A stretch of 64,000 nt of DNA from Candidatus Cloacimonadales bacterium (GCA_963662585.1 OY759729.1:224001-288000); one strand, 5' to 3'; counted from the first letter of the stretch, positions 37,554 to 47,939 are shown. Made by a program: numbers and translations. Notes: a model not told the origin generated them from the sequence alone.

Positions 37554-38597
37554 ATGACTGCAATTTTTTATATCTTTTTAATTATCTTAATACTACACTT
37601 TCTTTTAGGTGTCTTTTCTTTAAGAAAATATCCTAACAAAGAGCCTAAACAACACAGTTTTTCTATTGTAGTTGTTGCTCATAATGAAGAAAAAATGATA
37701 AAAGCTCTTCTGGATAGTCTAAGTAACTTAGACTATCCTCGAAACAGCTTAGAAATAATTCTGGTTGATGATAATTCTACTGATGATACTTGGAAGATAA
37801 TATCTTCTTTCTCCACGGAATATGATTTCGTAAAGGCGATTAAGACAGACAGTAAATATTCCAATTTTAAAGGGAAAAAGGCTGGACTTCAATCAGCTTT
37901 AGATATTGCTAAAAATGAAATTATAGCTTTCACAGATGCTGATACACTAGTTCCATCTAATTGGCTAGATTCTTATAATAAATTTTTTTCTAAAAATAGA
38001 GGCCTTGTTATTGGTTATGTCAGAGGAGAGAAAATCACTCACATGAGACGCTATAAGAGGATAATATCCTCAGGTATCTTTGCTGCTGCGTGTGGTATTG
38101 GCTTTCCCTTTTCATGTAGCGGAGCTAATTTAGCAGTAAGAAGAAGTGTTATTAATCAAGTTGGTGGATATTCTAAAATAAAGAACTTCCCATCAGGAGA
38201 TGATAAGCAAATGCTTAATTTAGTTAGAAAATCTGGTTACTCTATTGCTTATAATTCAGATGTAAAAGTTATAGAAAGGGCAAGGAATTTTACTCCAGAA
38301 CAAGTATATCAACAAAATCTTAGACATTATGGCAAGTTTTCCTTATCCTCACCCCTCTATCAAGTTGGTTTAATCTTAATCATCTTTTATTATCTTTCAG
38401 TACCAGTACTTTCTATCTTTCAACCATCCCTCTTTCTCTTCTTTTGGCTAAGTAACTTAAGTTTCTATTTCCTTAGTTGTTGGAAACATAAAGAAATGTT
38501 CAAATTTGAGGATTTATTTTTAACAATTCTCTACCCTTATTTTATGCTTTATTTTTCAATAGTAGGATCTTTTAAAGAGGCTAAATGGAAAAAATAA
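37554..38597 (+). CDS. Family 2 glycosyltransferase, membrane-associated
   Basis: SIVVVAHNEE, VDDNSTD, GKK, FTDAD, GANLAVR, SGDD. Confidence 0.88.
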   Translation: MTAIFYIFLIILILHFLLGVFSLRKYPNKEPKQHSFSIVVVAHNEEKMIKALLDSLSNLDYPRNSLEIILVDDNSTDDTWKIISSFSTEYDFVKAIKTDSKYSNFKGKKAGLQSALDIAKNEIIAFTDADTLVPSNWLDSYNKFFSKNRGLVIGYVRGEKITHMRRYKRIISSGIFAAACGIGFPFSCSGANLAVRRSVINQVGGYSKIKNFPSGDDKQMLNLVRKSGYSIAYNSDVKVIERARNFTPEQVYQQNLRHYGKFSLSSPLYQVGLILIIFYYLSVPVLSIFQPSLFLFFWLSNLSFYFLSCWKHKEMFKFEDLFLTILYPYFMLYFSIVGSFKEAKWKK

Positions 38598-39454
38598 AAA
38601 AACGCCTTGGCTTCATTTTAAAGCTATTAATATCCTTAGTGATTTTAATCTTTATTTATTCAAAAATAGATATGGGAATGTTTGCTACGAATATTACCAA
38701 ACTCTCATTTATCACAATTATAGTTCTACTTGTAACTGCTATCTTAAAACATTTTACTCAAGGATTTAATTGGTATTATGCTCTTTCGATAAATCCTAAG
38801 TACAAACCTAGCACTTATGATATCATTAAAAGCTATCTTATTGGTATTTCTTTAGGATTTGTCTTGCCAGGGGGATACGCAACTTACGGAAAAATGTACT
38901 TTATTGAAAATTCTAAGAAAGCTACCTTTGTTTCTGTCTTAATAGAAAAATTCTTTCAAACTTGGGGGAATCTCTTCTATGCTTCTATCGCTACTATTTT
39001 TTACTTTAAGAACATTGCTTTATCACTAAGGCTTCTTATCTTCTTTCTTATTACCTTCTCTCCCTTAGTTCTGCTAATATTAATCTATTTTATTCCCAGA
39101 TTTAGAATTCATCTCCCAGTTTTAAAGAAAATTTTCCCGAAAATAATCTTAAGTCAACTAATTTACATCCCTCTTACTGTTATACAATATTGGTTTATCT
39201 TAAAATCCTTTACAGATATAACTTTTATTCAAAGCTGTATCTCCACAACCTTAATCTTATCAGCTAATGTTATACCTATAACTTTCTCAGGATTAGGTCT
39301 TAGAGAATATTTCGCTATTAAAGTACTCGCCCAATATGGTATTTCTAATACTTCTGCTGTCACCGCCGCCTTAATAATATTTTTCATAAACTCTGTTATA
39401 CCAGCATTAATTGGTCTTGTTTATATTGTGAAACATAAACAGACTAGCAAGTAA
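38585..39454 (+). CDS. Lysylphosphatidylglycerol-synthase TM / YbhN-like flippase
   Basis: Multi-TM; LKLLISLVIL, FVLPGG, IPITFSGLGLRE. Confidence 0.8.
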   Translation: MEKIKKRLGFILKLLISLVILIFIYSKIDMGMFATNITKLSFITIIVLLVTAILKHFTQGFNWYYALSINPKYKPSTYDIIKSYLIGISLGFVLPGGYATYGKMYFIENSKKATFVSVLIEKFFQTWGNLFYASIATIFYFKNIALSLRLLIFFLITFSPLVLLILIYFIPRFRIHLPVLKKIFPKIILSQLIYIPLTVIQYWFILKSFTDITFIQSCISTTLILSANVIPITFSGLGLREYFAIKVLAQYGISNTSAVTAALIIFFINSVIPALIGLVYIVKHKQTSK

Positions 39455-39502
39455 GAAATTTTGTCAGAGAAACAAAGAATAGGCAATGAGCCGGAAATTA
39501 AA

Positions 39503-39571
39503 ATTCACGGACTAAAAGTCCGTAACCCCAGTTAAGAAGATTCACGGACTAAAGGTCCGTAACCCCAGTTA
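39503..39571 (+). repeat. Tandem pair of REP module C
   Basis: ATTCACGGACTAAAAGTCCGTAACCCCAGTTAA then ATTCACGGACTAAAGGTCCGTAACCCCAGTTA, 37-nt period. Confidence 0.92.
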
Positions 39572-39733
39572 CGAATAATCTTCTTATATCTCCTTCCAAT
39601 AAGCTTGCATTAGAACAAATCATTTTCCTTCTTCCCCAGCTTGAATTAGATTATTTCCAATTTATCTTGACAGATTAAACCATAGAAATTTATTAAATTA
39701 ATAATTAAATTAAAGATATCAAATGGAGATGAG

Positions 39734-40198
39734 ATGTACAATACTATTCAAGGTGAATTAATCGTTCAGGATGCAACATTCTGTATTGTAGTAAGTAGAT
39801 TCAATGAGTTCATTAGTAGTAAGTTACTATCAGGAGCTGTAGACTGCTTAATTCGTCATGGAGCTACTGAAAAAGACATAACTGTTGTTTGGGTACCTGG
39901 TGCTTTTGAGATACCCCTAACAGCTAAAAGGTTGGCTAAAACAAGTGTTTATAGTGCAATTATTTGCCTCGGAGCTGTTATTAGAGGAGCTACTCCTCAC
40001 TTCGATTATGTAAGCAATGAAGTAGCCAAAGGTGTAGGTGCAGTAGGTTTAGATACTGAGATTCCTATCATATTTGGTGTATTAACTACTGATTCAATAG
40101 AACAAGCGATTGAAAGAGCAGGAACTAAAGCAGGTAATAAAGGCTGGGATAGTGCTATAACTGCCATCGAAATGACAAATTTATTTCAAAGGATATAG
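39734..40198 (+). CDS. ribH: 6,7-dimethyl-8-ribityllumazine synthase
   Basis: [41 protein letters not shown]. Confidence 0.97.
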   Translation: MYNTIQGELIVQDATFCIVVSRFNEFISSKLLSGAVDCLIRHGATEKDITVVWVPGAFEIPLTAKRLAKTSVYSAIICLGAVIRGATPHFDYVSNEVAKGVGAVGLDTEIPIIFGVLTTDSIEQAIERAGTKAGNKGWDSAITAIEMTNLFQRI

Positions 40199-40209
40199 AA
40201 TAAACAATT

Positions 40210-40665
40210 ATGGGAATGCGGAGAAAAGGTAGAGAGATCACCTTACAAGTATTATATTCGATAGATTTTCCGGATAAAAATAGTAGTATTGATGCTTATA
40301 CAGCATTAAATCACTATTTGGAGCAACTTGATGGATTGTGTTTAGAAGAAAATATTAAGACTGACTCTTCTGTATATGAATTTGCTTTAGAGTTGATAAA
40401 AAACACATTAATTAATTTAGATGAAATAGATAAGATGATTAAATCTCAAAGTGAAAACTGGGAATTTAATAGACTAGCCTTGGTTGATAAGAATATCCTT
40501 AGAATGGCTACCTATGAAATTGTTTTCAAAAGAGTACATCCAGCTATTATCATCAATGAAGCAATTGAAATTGCTAAAAAGTTCAGTACTGAAAATTCAG
40601 GAAAATTTATTAATGGTATCTTAGATTCTATTTTTAAAAAGGCTAAAGCAAACTTTAATGAATAA
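40210..40665 (+). CDS. nusB: Transcription antitermination factor NusB
   Basis: RRKGRE..LQVLY, W..RLALVDKNILR, INEAIEIAKKF..FINGILD. Confidence 0.95.
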   Translation: MGMRRKGREITLQVLYSIDFPDKNSSIDAYTALNHYLEQLDGLCLEENIKTDSSVYEFALELIKNTLINLDEIDKMIKSQSENWEFNRLALVDKNILRMATYEIVFKRVHPAIIINEAIEIAKKFSTENSGKFINGILDSIFKKAKANFNE

Positions 40666-41551
40666 ACTTCAATGTAGCATCGGTATTATAGTATTTAATG
40701 AAGCTAAGAATATTGGCCATCTGCTCGAAATTATCACAGCAGAGAGCTACACTGATGTAGAAATTAGTGAAATAATTGTTGTTTCTAGTGCTTGTACTGA
40801 TGGTACAGATGAAATTGTTTCTTACTATCAGAAACTTGATAAAAGAGTTAAATTAATTACTGAAAAAGAAAGAAAAGGTAAGTCTAGTGCGATTAACCTC
40901 TTTCTTAAGAATAGCAGTAGTGACCTTTTAATAATCGAAAGCGGTGATACCCTTCCGGCTAAAGGAACTATTAGAAAATTAATCAAACCCTTTGAAGATG
41001 CTCAAGTGGGAATGACAGGAGGAAGGCCAATTCCTGTTAATTCCAGCATTAGGTTTAGTGGCTATGCTGTAAACCTCCTCTGGAAACTACATCATAAAAT
41101 GGCCCTTAAATCACCTAAATTAGGTGAGATGATTGCTTTTAGAAGAGTGTTTGAATCAATTCCTAGTGAAAGTGCTGTTGATGAAGCAAGTATTGAAGCA
41201 ATTATCAATAAGAATAATCTAACCAAAATTTATCTAGCAGATGCTATTATTCATAATAAAGGCCCTGAAGATATATCAGGTTTTATCAAACAACGCAAAA
41301 GAATAGAGACAGGCCATTTGTGGCTAACTAAGAAACATCATTATAAAGTAGTTTCTCAGGATAAATCAATTCTCTTTACCTTACTCATTGAGGAAATTCT
41401 CGAACGACCTAATGAATTTTTAAAAATAATCGCTGTAATGTTTGTAGAAGTCTATGCTAGAATGTTGGGTAGATTTGATTATTTTATTAAAAAGAAAAAC
41501 CCCTTCACTTGGGAAATTATTAACTCAACTAAAGATCTTAGAAAAGGTTGA
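40658..41551 (+). CDS. Family 2 glycosyltransferase
   Basis: SIGI..FNEA.NI, CTDGT, GKSSAIN, GE..AFR, VDE, QRKR. Confidence 0.82.
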   Translation: MNKLQCSIGIIVFNEAKNIGHLLEIITAESYTDVEISEIIVVSSACTDGTDEIVSYYQKLDKRVKLITEKERKGKSSAINLFLKNSSSDLLIIESGDTLPAKGTIRKLIKPFEDAQVGMTGGRPIPVNSSIRFSGYAVNLLWKLHHKMALKSPKLGEMIAFRRVFESIPSESAVDEASIEAIINKNNLTKIYLADAIIHNKGPEDISGFIKQRKRIETGHLWLTKKHHYKVVSQDKSILFTLLIEEILERPNEFLKIIAVMFVEVYARMLGRFDYFIKKKNPFTWEIINSTKDLRKG

Positions 41552-41557
41552 TTCTCT

Positions 41558-42640
41558 ATGTTATCATTATTACCTAAAATTGTTGGATATAAATTATTTA
41601 AATCTATAGGAATTCCTCATCTAATGCCGATGAACTACACAGTTAGCTTACTCTATGAATGCAACTCTCGCTGTTCAACTTGTAATATATGGAAGAAGAA
41701 GAGTAAATCTTTAACAGTAGATGAGTACCGAAAGATATTCAAGAAAATCGGACATTCCCCCTATTGGATAACCTATAGTGGTGGTGAGCCATTCTTAAGA
41801 AAAGATATAGTTGAAATAGTTAATGCAATTTATGATGTATCAAAACCGAAGATTATCAATATTCCCTCAAATGGGATTTTAACTAGTAAAATAATTGAAA
41901 ATGTGAGTGCTATAGCTTCTCATTGCAAGAAAAGTCAACTGGTAATAAATTTATCTATCGATGGTATAGGTAAAGAGCATGACAAGATTAGAAATGTTTC
42001 TGGCAACTACGAAAAAGTTATAAAAACATATAAAGAACTAAAGAAACTTAAACTTAAGAATCTATCTGTTGGAATTCATACAGTTATATCTAATTTCAAT
42101 GTTGGCAACTTTAGTAATATTGCTCGAGAGTTAATGGATCTTAATCCTGATTCATATATTACAGAAATTGCCGAAGAAAGAGTTGAGTTAGATACCATGA
42201 ACTCCAACATTACTCCTAATATGATAAAATACAGGTCAGCAATTGACTATTTAATTCATAAAATTAAGAATACAGAATATACTGGATTTCAGAAAATTAC
42301 CATGGCCTTTAGAATTGAGTATTATGATTTAGTAAAAAAGATTTTGCGCGATGAAACCCAGATTATTCCTTGTTATTCAGGGATAGCTTCATGTCAAATT
42401 TCTCCTGATGGCGATGTATGGTCTTGTTGTATTAAGGCTAAATCCCTAGGCAATCTTGTAGATAATAATTATAATTTCAGAAAGATATGGAACTCCCCTG
42501 AAATGGCACTTGAAAGATTATCTATTCATAAAAAAGAGTGTCATTGTCCTCTAGCAAATGCTGCTTATACCAATATGCTAATGGATATTCCTACTTTAAA
42601 AAGAGTATTTTACAGATCCTTCATCAAATGGTGGAGATAG
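41558..42640 (+). CDS. Radical SAM protein with a SPASM/twitch-like C-terminal domain
   Basis: CNSRCSTC, SGGEPFLR, SIDG..HD.IR, PCYSG..SPDGDVWSCC..LGNL..CHC. Confidence 0.88.
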   Translation: MLSLLPKIVGYKLFKSIGIPHLMPMNYTVSLLYECNSRCSTCNIWKKKSKSLTVDEYRKIFKKIGHSPYWITYSGGEPFLRKDIVEIVNAIYDVSKPKIINIPSNGILTSKIIENVSAIASHCKKSQLVINLSIDGIGKEHDKIRNVSGNYEKVIKTYKELKKLKLKNLSVGIHTVISNFNVGNFSNIARELMDLNPDSYITEIAEERVELDTMNSNITPNMIKYRSAIDYLIHKIKNTEYTGFQKITMAFRIEYYDLVKKILRDETQIIPCYSGIASCQISPDGDVWSCCIKAKSLGNLVDNNYNFRKIWNSPEMALERLSIHKKECHCPLANAAYTNMLMDIPTLKRVFYRSFIKWWR

Positions 42641-42643
42641 TCC

Positions 42644-43279
42644 TTGATTAAAGAAATTGCGATTTCAAAATCATTCAGTAATAAAATAGTTTTTACTGAT
42701 TATTATCCAACGAGAAACACTTTCTATACATTATTTCTTCACTATTATGAAGATACTCCTATTGTTTATGATACCTTAGGTGAAATAATGGAACTAGTCT
42801 TGAATTTCTTGAAAGAAAATATTGAATTCGATAAAAATAAATATCAGAATTTTATGAATGATCTAAATTGGATTGCTGCAGGAAAGCTGAAAACACTTCC
42901 CCTCAATAATCAAGGTATTTCTCTGGGATTATTTTTAATCGAAGATAACCAAATAAGCGTATTCCGTTATGGAAGAATCTTACTTGGCAAAATAAAGGGA
43001 GATAAATTAGACTATATTGGTCCTGAATGGGATAATTTTAGTGTAAAATCCCTAGAAAGACTTTCTTTATTAGGTCTTATATCTGAAGATAAATATCCTG
43101 AGTTTTACCAGATTGAACTTCAAAATAGAGAGAAACTAGTTATACTAGAAAGTGATGCTAAAGAAGAATTTATAGATTCTTTTAAAAAGGGACTTACCTT
43201 CTGCCCACAGAAAAACATTTATCAGATATTGGAATGTCATAGAAAAGAGAATAGAAAGAGACTTCTGGGGATTATTTAA
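42644..43279 (+). CDS. Hypothetical protein, possibly a degenerate PP2C/SpoIIE-like fold
   Basis: TTG start 3 nt after the upstream stop; GISLGLFLI....VFRYG..L..I and ELQNREKLVILESD resemble PP2C strands. Confidence 0.4.
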   Translation: MIKEIAISKSFSNKIVFTDYYPTRNTFYTLFLHYYEDTPIVYDTLGEIMELVLNFLKENIEFDKNKYQNFMNDLNWIAAGKLKTLPLNNQGISLGLFLIEDNQISVFRYGRILLGKIKGDKLDYIGPEWDNFSVKSLERLSLLGLISEDKYPEFYQIELQNREKLVILESDAKEEFIDSFKKGLTFCPQKNIYQILECHRKENRKRLLGII

Positions 43280-43541
43280 AAGATTATTCATTCAACTTTT
43301 TTCCAAAATAATCAGATATTTTTCAAACAATTTTCTTAATGCTAAATACTTTTTTTTTAATATTTTAATACAAGTTTATGTACTCATATCAATGCTTTAG
43401 CAAGCTTTGATGTTCTTAAATAAAAATAAAATAAAATTATTTTAATAAATTACTGGACAATCTAACAGTGAGTAAAGAAATGGTTCTAAATCTTATGAGA
43501 GTGTTAGTTAAATACTAAAATATATATCAAATATAGGAGCT

Positions 43542-44981
43542 TTGTCTATGGTTTCACATGAAAACGAAAATTATGCAAAATTATTAGAGGAATCCTTCAA
43601 TAATACTACTGACCCAAAAATGGGTGATGTAGTTGAAGGCGAGATTATTAATATCACAGATACATCTATCTTTATTAACATGAATGGCAAATATGATGCT
43701 TATGCTGAAATTGCTGATTATAAAGATAAAAGTGGCAAGTTAAAATACCAAGTTGGCGATTTATTAAGAGGCTTTATTGTTGAATTCAACAATGATGGAA
43801 TTAAAGTTTCAAAAAGCTTAAGAAAACAATTCGCTGATAAAACTCAAATCAGAGCAGCTTTTGAAGAAAAAATACCAGTTGAAGGTAAAGTATTTAAAGT
43901 TGTTAATGGTGGTTACAGTGTTGATGTCCTTGGTGTTAGAGCTTTTTGCCCTAAATCTCAAATGGATATTATGTTAGAAGAAGATTCTCACTATCTTAAC
44001 AACAACTTCACATTCTTAGTTACAGAATATGAAGATAACGGTCGTAACATTATTGTTTCCAGAAAAAGACTCCTACAAGACGAAGCTAAAGCTATGAAAG
44101 AAGAGGCTCTAACCACTCTAGAAGCTGGAAAAGTTGTTACCGGTATCATCAGAAGATTAACTGATTTTGGTGCATTTGTTGACCTTGGTGGAATCGAAGG
44201 TCTTCTTCATGTATCTGAGATTGCATGGGCTCACATTAACAAACCATCTGATGTTTTAACTGTTGGTTCTGAAATAGAAGTTAAAATTCTCGCTATCAAT
44301 GGAGAAAAAATTTCTCTATCAATGAAAGCTTTACAAGAGAATCCTTTAAATATCGCGATGAATGAATTAGAAACAGGTATCATTGTTGAGTGTAAAGTTC
44401 TTAGACTTCACAACTTCGGTGCTTTTGTTGAAATCATTCCTGGAGTTGAAGGCCTTATCCCAATTTCAGAAATGGCTTGGGGAAAAAATATCCGTCACCC
44501 TAAAGAAGTTTTAAGAGAAGGCGATGTTGTTTCAGCTCAAATCTTTAAATTAGATCAAGTTGAAAAGAAAATCAACCTTTCATTAAAAGCTTTAATTGAA
44601 AACCCATGGGATAACATTGATGACAAAGTTAAACTTGGTGAATTAATCAACGGTACTGTTGAAAATAACACTAACTTTGGTGCTTTTGTTACTATCACAG
44701 ACGGTATTACTGGTCTCTTACCTCGTTCAAGAATGCCTATGGACATGACTTTAAATTCTGGTGATGAGATTGAACTTAGAGTAACTTCTATTGATAAAGA
44801 TTCTAAAAGAATATCTTTAGAATTAAAAGATCAACCTGCTCCTGAATCTTTACCTAAACAAGAAGATAGAAGACCTAGCTTTAAAGGTAAACCAAGACAA
44901 GGTGGAAGACAAGCAGAATGGAAAAAATGGGCTTCTGATAAACCTGAAGTTCCAGAAGATAACCCATTCAATCAATTATAA
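43542..44981 (+). CDS. rpsA: 30S ribosomal protein S1-family protein with five S1 repeats
   Basis: Repeated FGAFV..GIEGLLHVSEI motifs; TTG start after AGGAG. Confidence 0.85.
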   Translation: MSMVSHENENYAKLLEESFNNTTDPKMGDVVEGEIINITDTSIFINMNGKYDAYAEIADYKDKSGKLKYQVGDLLRGFIVEFNNDGIKVSKSLRKQFADKTQIRAAFEEKIPVEGKVFKVVNGGYSVDVLGVRAFCPKSQMDIMLEEDSHYLNNNFTFLVTEYEDNGRNIIVSRKRLLQDEAKAMKEEALTTLEAGKVVTGIIRRLTDFGAFVDLGGIEGLLHVSEIAWAHINKPSDVLTVGSEIEVKILAINGEKISLSMKALQENPLNIAMNELETGIIVECKVLRLHNFGAFVEIIPGVEGLIPISEMAWGKNIRHPKEVLREGDVVSAQIFKLDQVEKKINLSLKALIENPWDNIDDKVKLGELINGTVENNTNFGAFVTITDGITGLLPRSRMPMDMTLNSGDEIELRVTSIDKDSKRISLELKDQPAPESLPKQEDRRPSFKGKPRQGGRQAEWKKWASDKPEVPEDNPFNQL

Positions 44982-45011
44982 TTGACAAAAAATCAAGTAA
45001 TATAAATATGG

Positions 45012-45038
45012 AAAGCGGGTTAAATACCCGCTTTTTTT
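45012..45038 (+). terminator. Rho-independent terminator after rpsA
   Basis: AAAGCGGGT-TAAAT-ACCCGC-TTTTTTT. Confidence 0.85.
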
Positions 45039-45072
45039 AATATAAAAAATTTAAAATAATGTGGAGGTAGTT

Positions 45073-46566
45073 GTGGATAATACGACACAAATCCTTAAAT
45101 TAAGAAGAGAAAAATTACAGAAGATTATAGATAAAGGCATCAATCCTTACCCAGTAAAATCTCAAAGAACTCACAAAATTATTGAACTCTGGGAAAATAG
45201 AGAAGCATTTATTGAAGATAATACAGAAGTTATCATTGTTGGGCGCTTAATAGCAATGCGTCGCCAAGGAAAGATTGGTTTTGGTAATTTATCTGATATC
45301 AGTGGAAAGATTCAAATATTCGTCAAGAAAGATGAACTTGGTGAAGAGAATTATGAACTTTTTAAACTATGTGACATGGGTGATTTTGTCCAAGTTACAG
45401 GAACTTGTTTCATAACTCAAACTGGTGAATTTTCTGTTAAAGCTTCAAATATTACTCTTTTGACAAAAAACCTTAGACCTACTCCTACTGTTAAAGAAAA
45501 AGAAGTTGATGGTCAAGTAGTCAGATATGATGAATTCGCTGATATTGAACTTCGTTATAGAAAAAGATATTTAGATCTTTTACTCAATCCTGATAGAAAA
45601 GAGACTTTTATTCAACGCTCTAAAATTATACAAACTATCAGAGACTATCTTAACTCTTTAGATTTTATTGAAGTTGAAACACCAATTCTTCAACCTCTTT
45701 ATGGTGGAGCTAATGCTCGTCCTTTCGTAACTCACCATAATACTTTAGATATGGATTTATATCTTAGAATCGCTACTGAATTATATCTTAAGAGATTAAT
45801 TATTGGTGGCTTTGAAAGAGTCTATGAAATTGGTAAGAACTTCCGTAATGAAGGAATGGATAGAACTCATAATCCAGAATTCACTGCAATTGAGCTTTAT
45901 CAAGCTTATTCTGATTTAGAAGGAATGATGGATATTACAGAAGGAATTATTCAAACCATTGCTAAGAATGTTTTCGATAAATCAGTATTCACTTTCAATA
46001 ATAAAGAAATTAATGTTGGTGCTTCTTTTAAAAGAGCTTCTATGGCTGACTTAGTTCAAGAATATTCAGGATTCTCAGCTCATGACTTAGATTATGATAA
46101 AATTGCTGCTTTTATGAAAGAGAATAAATTAGCTATCCCTGCGAATGTTGGACCGGGTAAATTGTTAGAAGAGTTGTTTGAACATTTTGTTGAACCAAAA
46201 TTAATTCAACCAACATTCGTAACAGACTTCCCAACTGAGGTTTCACCTTTAGCTAAAATGAGAGCAGATAATCCTAAGTTTGTAGAACGCTTTGAATTAT
46301 TTATCTGTGGTAATGAGTATGGTAATGCTTTCTCAGAGTTAAATGATCCTCTTGATCAGCGACAAAGATTAGAAGAACAAGCAAAGCTACGCGAGATGGG
46401 TGATGATGAAGCTAATGTTGTTGATGAAGACTTCTTAGAAGCATTAGAGTATGGAATGCCTCCAATGGGTGGCTTAGGTATCGGAATTGATAGATTAATT
46501 ATGTTGCTAACTAACAACACTTCAATTAAGGAAGTAATTCTATTCCCAACTATGAAACCTGAATAG
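45073..46566 (+). CDS. lysS: Lysine--tRNA ligase, class II
   Basis: RYRKRYLDL, EVETPIL..GGANARPF.THHN, FRNEG.DRTHNPEFT, YGMPP.GGLGIGIDRL. GTG 45073 follows GGAGG. Confidence 0.97.
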   Translation: MDNTTQILKLRREKLQKIIDKGINPYPVKSQRTHKIIELWENREAFIEDNTEVIIVGRLIAMRRQGKIGFGNLSDISGKIQIFVKKDELGEENYELFKLCDMGDFVQVTGTCFITQTGEFSVKASNITLLTKNLRPTPTVKEKEVDGQVVRYDEFADIELRYRKRYLDLLLNPDRKETFIQRSKIIQTIRDYLNSLDFIEVETPILQPLYGGANARPFVTHHNTLDMDLYLRIATELYLKRLIIGGFERVYEIGKNFRNEGMDRTHNPEFTAIELYQAYSDLEGMMDITEGIIQTIAKNVFDKSVFTFNNKEINVGASFKRASMADLVQEYSGFSAHDLDYDKIAAFMKENKLAIPANVGPGKLLEELFEHFVEPKLIQPTFVTDFPTEVSPLAKMRADNPKFVERFELFICGNEYGNAFSELNDPLDQRQRLEEQAKLREMGDDEANVVDEDFLEALEYGMPPMGGLGIGIDRLIMLLTNNTSIKEVILFPTMKPE

Positions 46567-46572
46567 ATAATA

Positions 46573-47814
46573 ATGAATAAATGTACTTTTATAAGTAAAA
46601 GATATATAAAAGGTAAAAAATCATGCTTAGCCGGTTCTCACTGGCTAAGCCTTATTGGTATTATAATCGGGGTTTCTGCCCTACTAATCATTCTTACGGT
46701 TATGAATGGAATGAGAGATGTTATTAATGAAAGAATCCTCTCATCAACCCCTGAGTTAGAGCTTACCTTAAATGATTCTGATAATTTTCAAGAAATAACA
46801 TCAACTTTAGAATCTTTCGATTTCATTAAATACATAAATCCAGTTAATGAAGAAGATTTAGTTATTTTACATAAAAATGAGACCATTCTTACTAAGTTTA
46901 TCGGAATTGATTTAGAGAACTTTCAATCAAATAATGATATTCTGAACAAAATTGCTTACTCAAACATTATACAAAAAGAAGCAGGTCTAATCTCAGGTAA
47001 TAATAACCTAAACTTTTTTCAAAATCAAGGGATTTTTATTGGCTTCGAGTTAAGTAAAAGATACGGACTTACTGTTGGAGATAAGATTACAGTTCTCTCT
47101 CTGAATAAAGTAGATTTTAGCTCTTTTGGCCAATTACCTCTAACTTCTACTTTTCTTATTCAAGGAATCTATACAAACTTAATTCCCGAACTTGAAGCAA
47201 GCATTGTCTATGTAGCTGATAAGAATCTACAGAAATTCTCAAAAACAAAACAATTATATAATAAGATAGAAATATTTAGCAATGACTTTACTAAAGCCAA
47301 TATCTATAAGAAAGAGATTCAAGCAAAATTAAAAGGAAATCTTGTTAGCTCTTGGAGTGATAAAAACAATAATCTTTATAATGCCCAAAAATTAGAAAAA
47401 ACAGTAATGTCATTAGTTCTTGGTTTGATAATTATTCTCTCATCTTTCAATCTTACAGGTAGTTTTCTAAAAAAGGTATCTAACAAGAAAAAAGAAATAG
47501 GAATTCTCTCAACAATTGGTTATTCCAAGAAAGATATCATGAATATTTTCCTTGATCAAGGACTTCTCCTAGGTTTTATAGGAGTCTTTATCGGCAATGC
47601 TTTAGCAATTATTTTGTTACAAATTCAGATTCACTTTAATGTTATTGCCATTCCTGAGAATATATCCTACATCTTCCCCACCTTGCCCATCTCAATCCAA
47701 TATTCAGATTTTATTTATGTCTCTCTCTTTTCCTTTACTTTCTCAGTTTTAAGCTCTCTATTTCCAATTTACAGAATTAAAAAACTGAATCCAATTGAAT
47801 TAATCAAAGAGTAG
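46573..47814 (+). CDS. Lipoprotein-releasing ABC permease, LolC/E family
   Basis: SLIGIIIGVSALLIILTVMNG, W..KN.NLY.A.KLEK, KKKEIGIL..IG, P..RI.KLNPIE. Confidence 0.85.
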   Translation: MNKCTFISKRYIKGKKSCLAGSHWLSLIGIIIGVSALLIILTVMNGMRDVINERILSSTPELELTLNDSDNFQEITSTLESFDFIKYINPVNEEDLVILHKNETILTKFIGIDLENFQSNNDILNKIAYSNIIQKEAGLISGNNNLNFFQNQGIFIGFELSKRYGLTVGDKITVLSLNKVDFSSFGQLPLTSTFLIQGIYTNLIPELEASIVYVADKNLQKFSKTKQLYNKIEIFSNDFTKANIYKKEIQAKLKGNLVSSWSDKNNNLYNAQKLEKTVMSLVLGLIIILSSFNLTGSFLKKVSNKKKEIGILSTIGYSKKDIMNIFLDQGLLLGFIGVFIGNALAIILLQIQIHFNVIAIPENISYIFPTLPISIQYSDFIYVSLFSFTFSVLSSLFPIYRIKKLNPIELIKE

Positions 47815-47903
47815 AATTAGACTTCCATGAACATATCATTAATGGTTAATATAATAAGCTTTTATTGCATTTTCTTTATTGCTAATTTTGTCTCTCAACA
47901 TAC

Positions 47904-47931
47904 TTGACATTTTTTTAATACTTAATAAAAT
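47904..47931 (+). promoter_or_regulatory. Putative sigma70 promoter immediately before the lptD-like gene
   Basis: TTGACA (47904-47909), 16 nt, TAAAAT (47926-47931). Confidence 0.6.
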
Positions 47932-47939
47932 TACACTCA

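Noticed and set aside
39455..39733. FMN riboswitch before ribH
   Set aside because: No RFN consensus segments; the structured part is REP module C.
44982..45010. Promoter for lysS at TTGACA 44982
   Set aside because: No convincing -10 box at 16-18 nt, and a terminator follows immediately.
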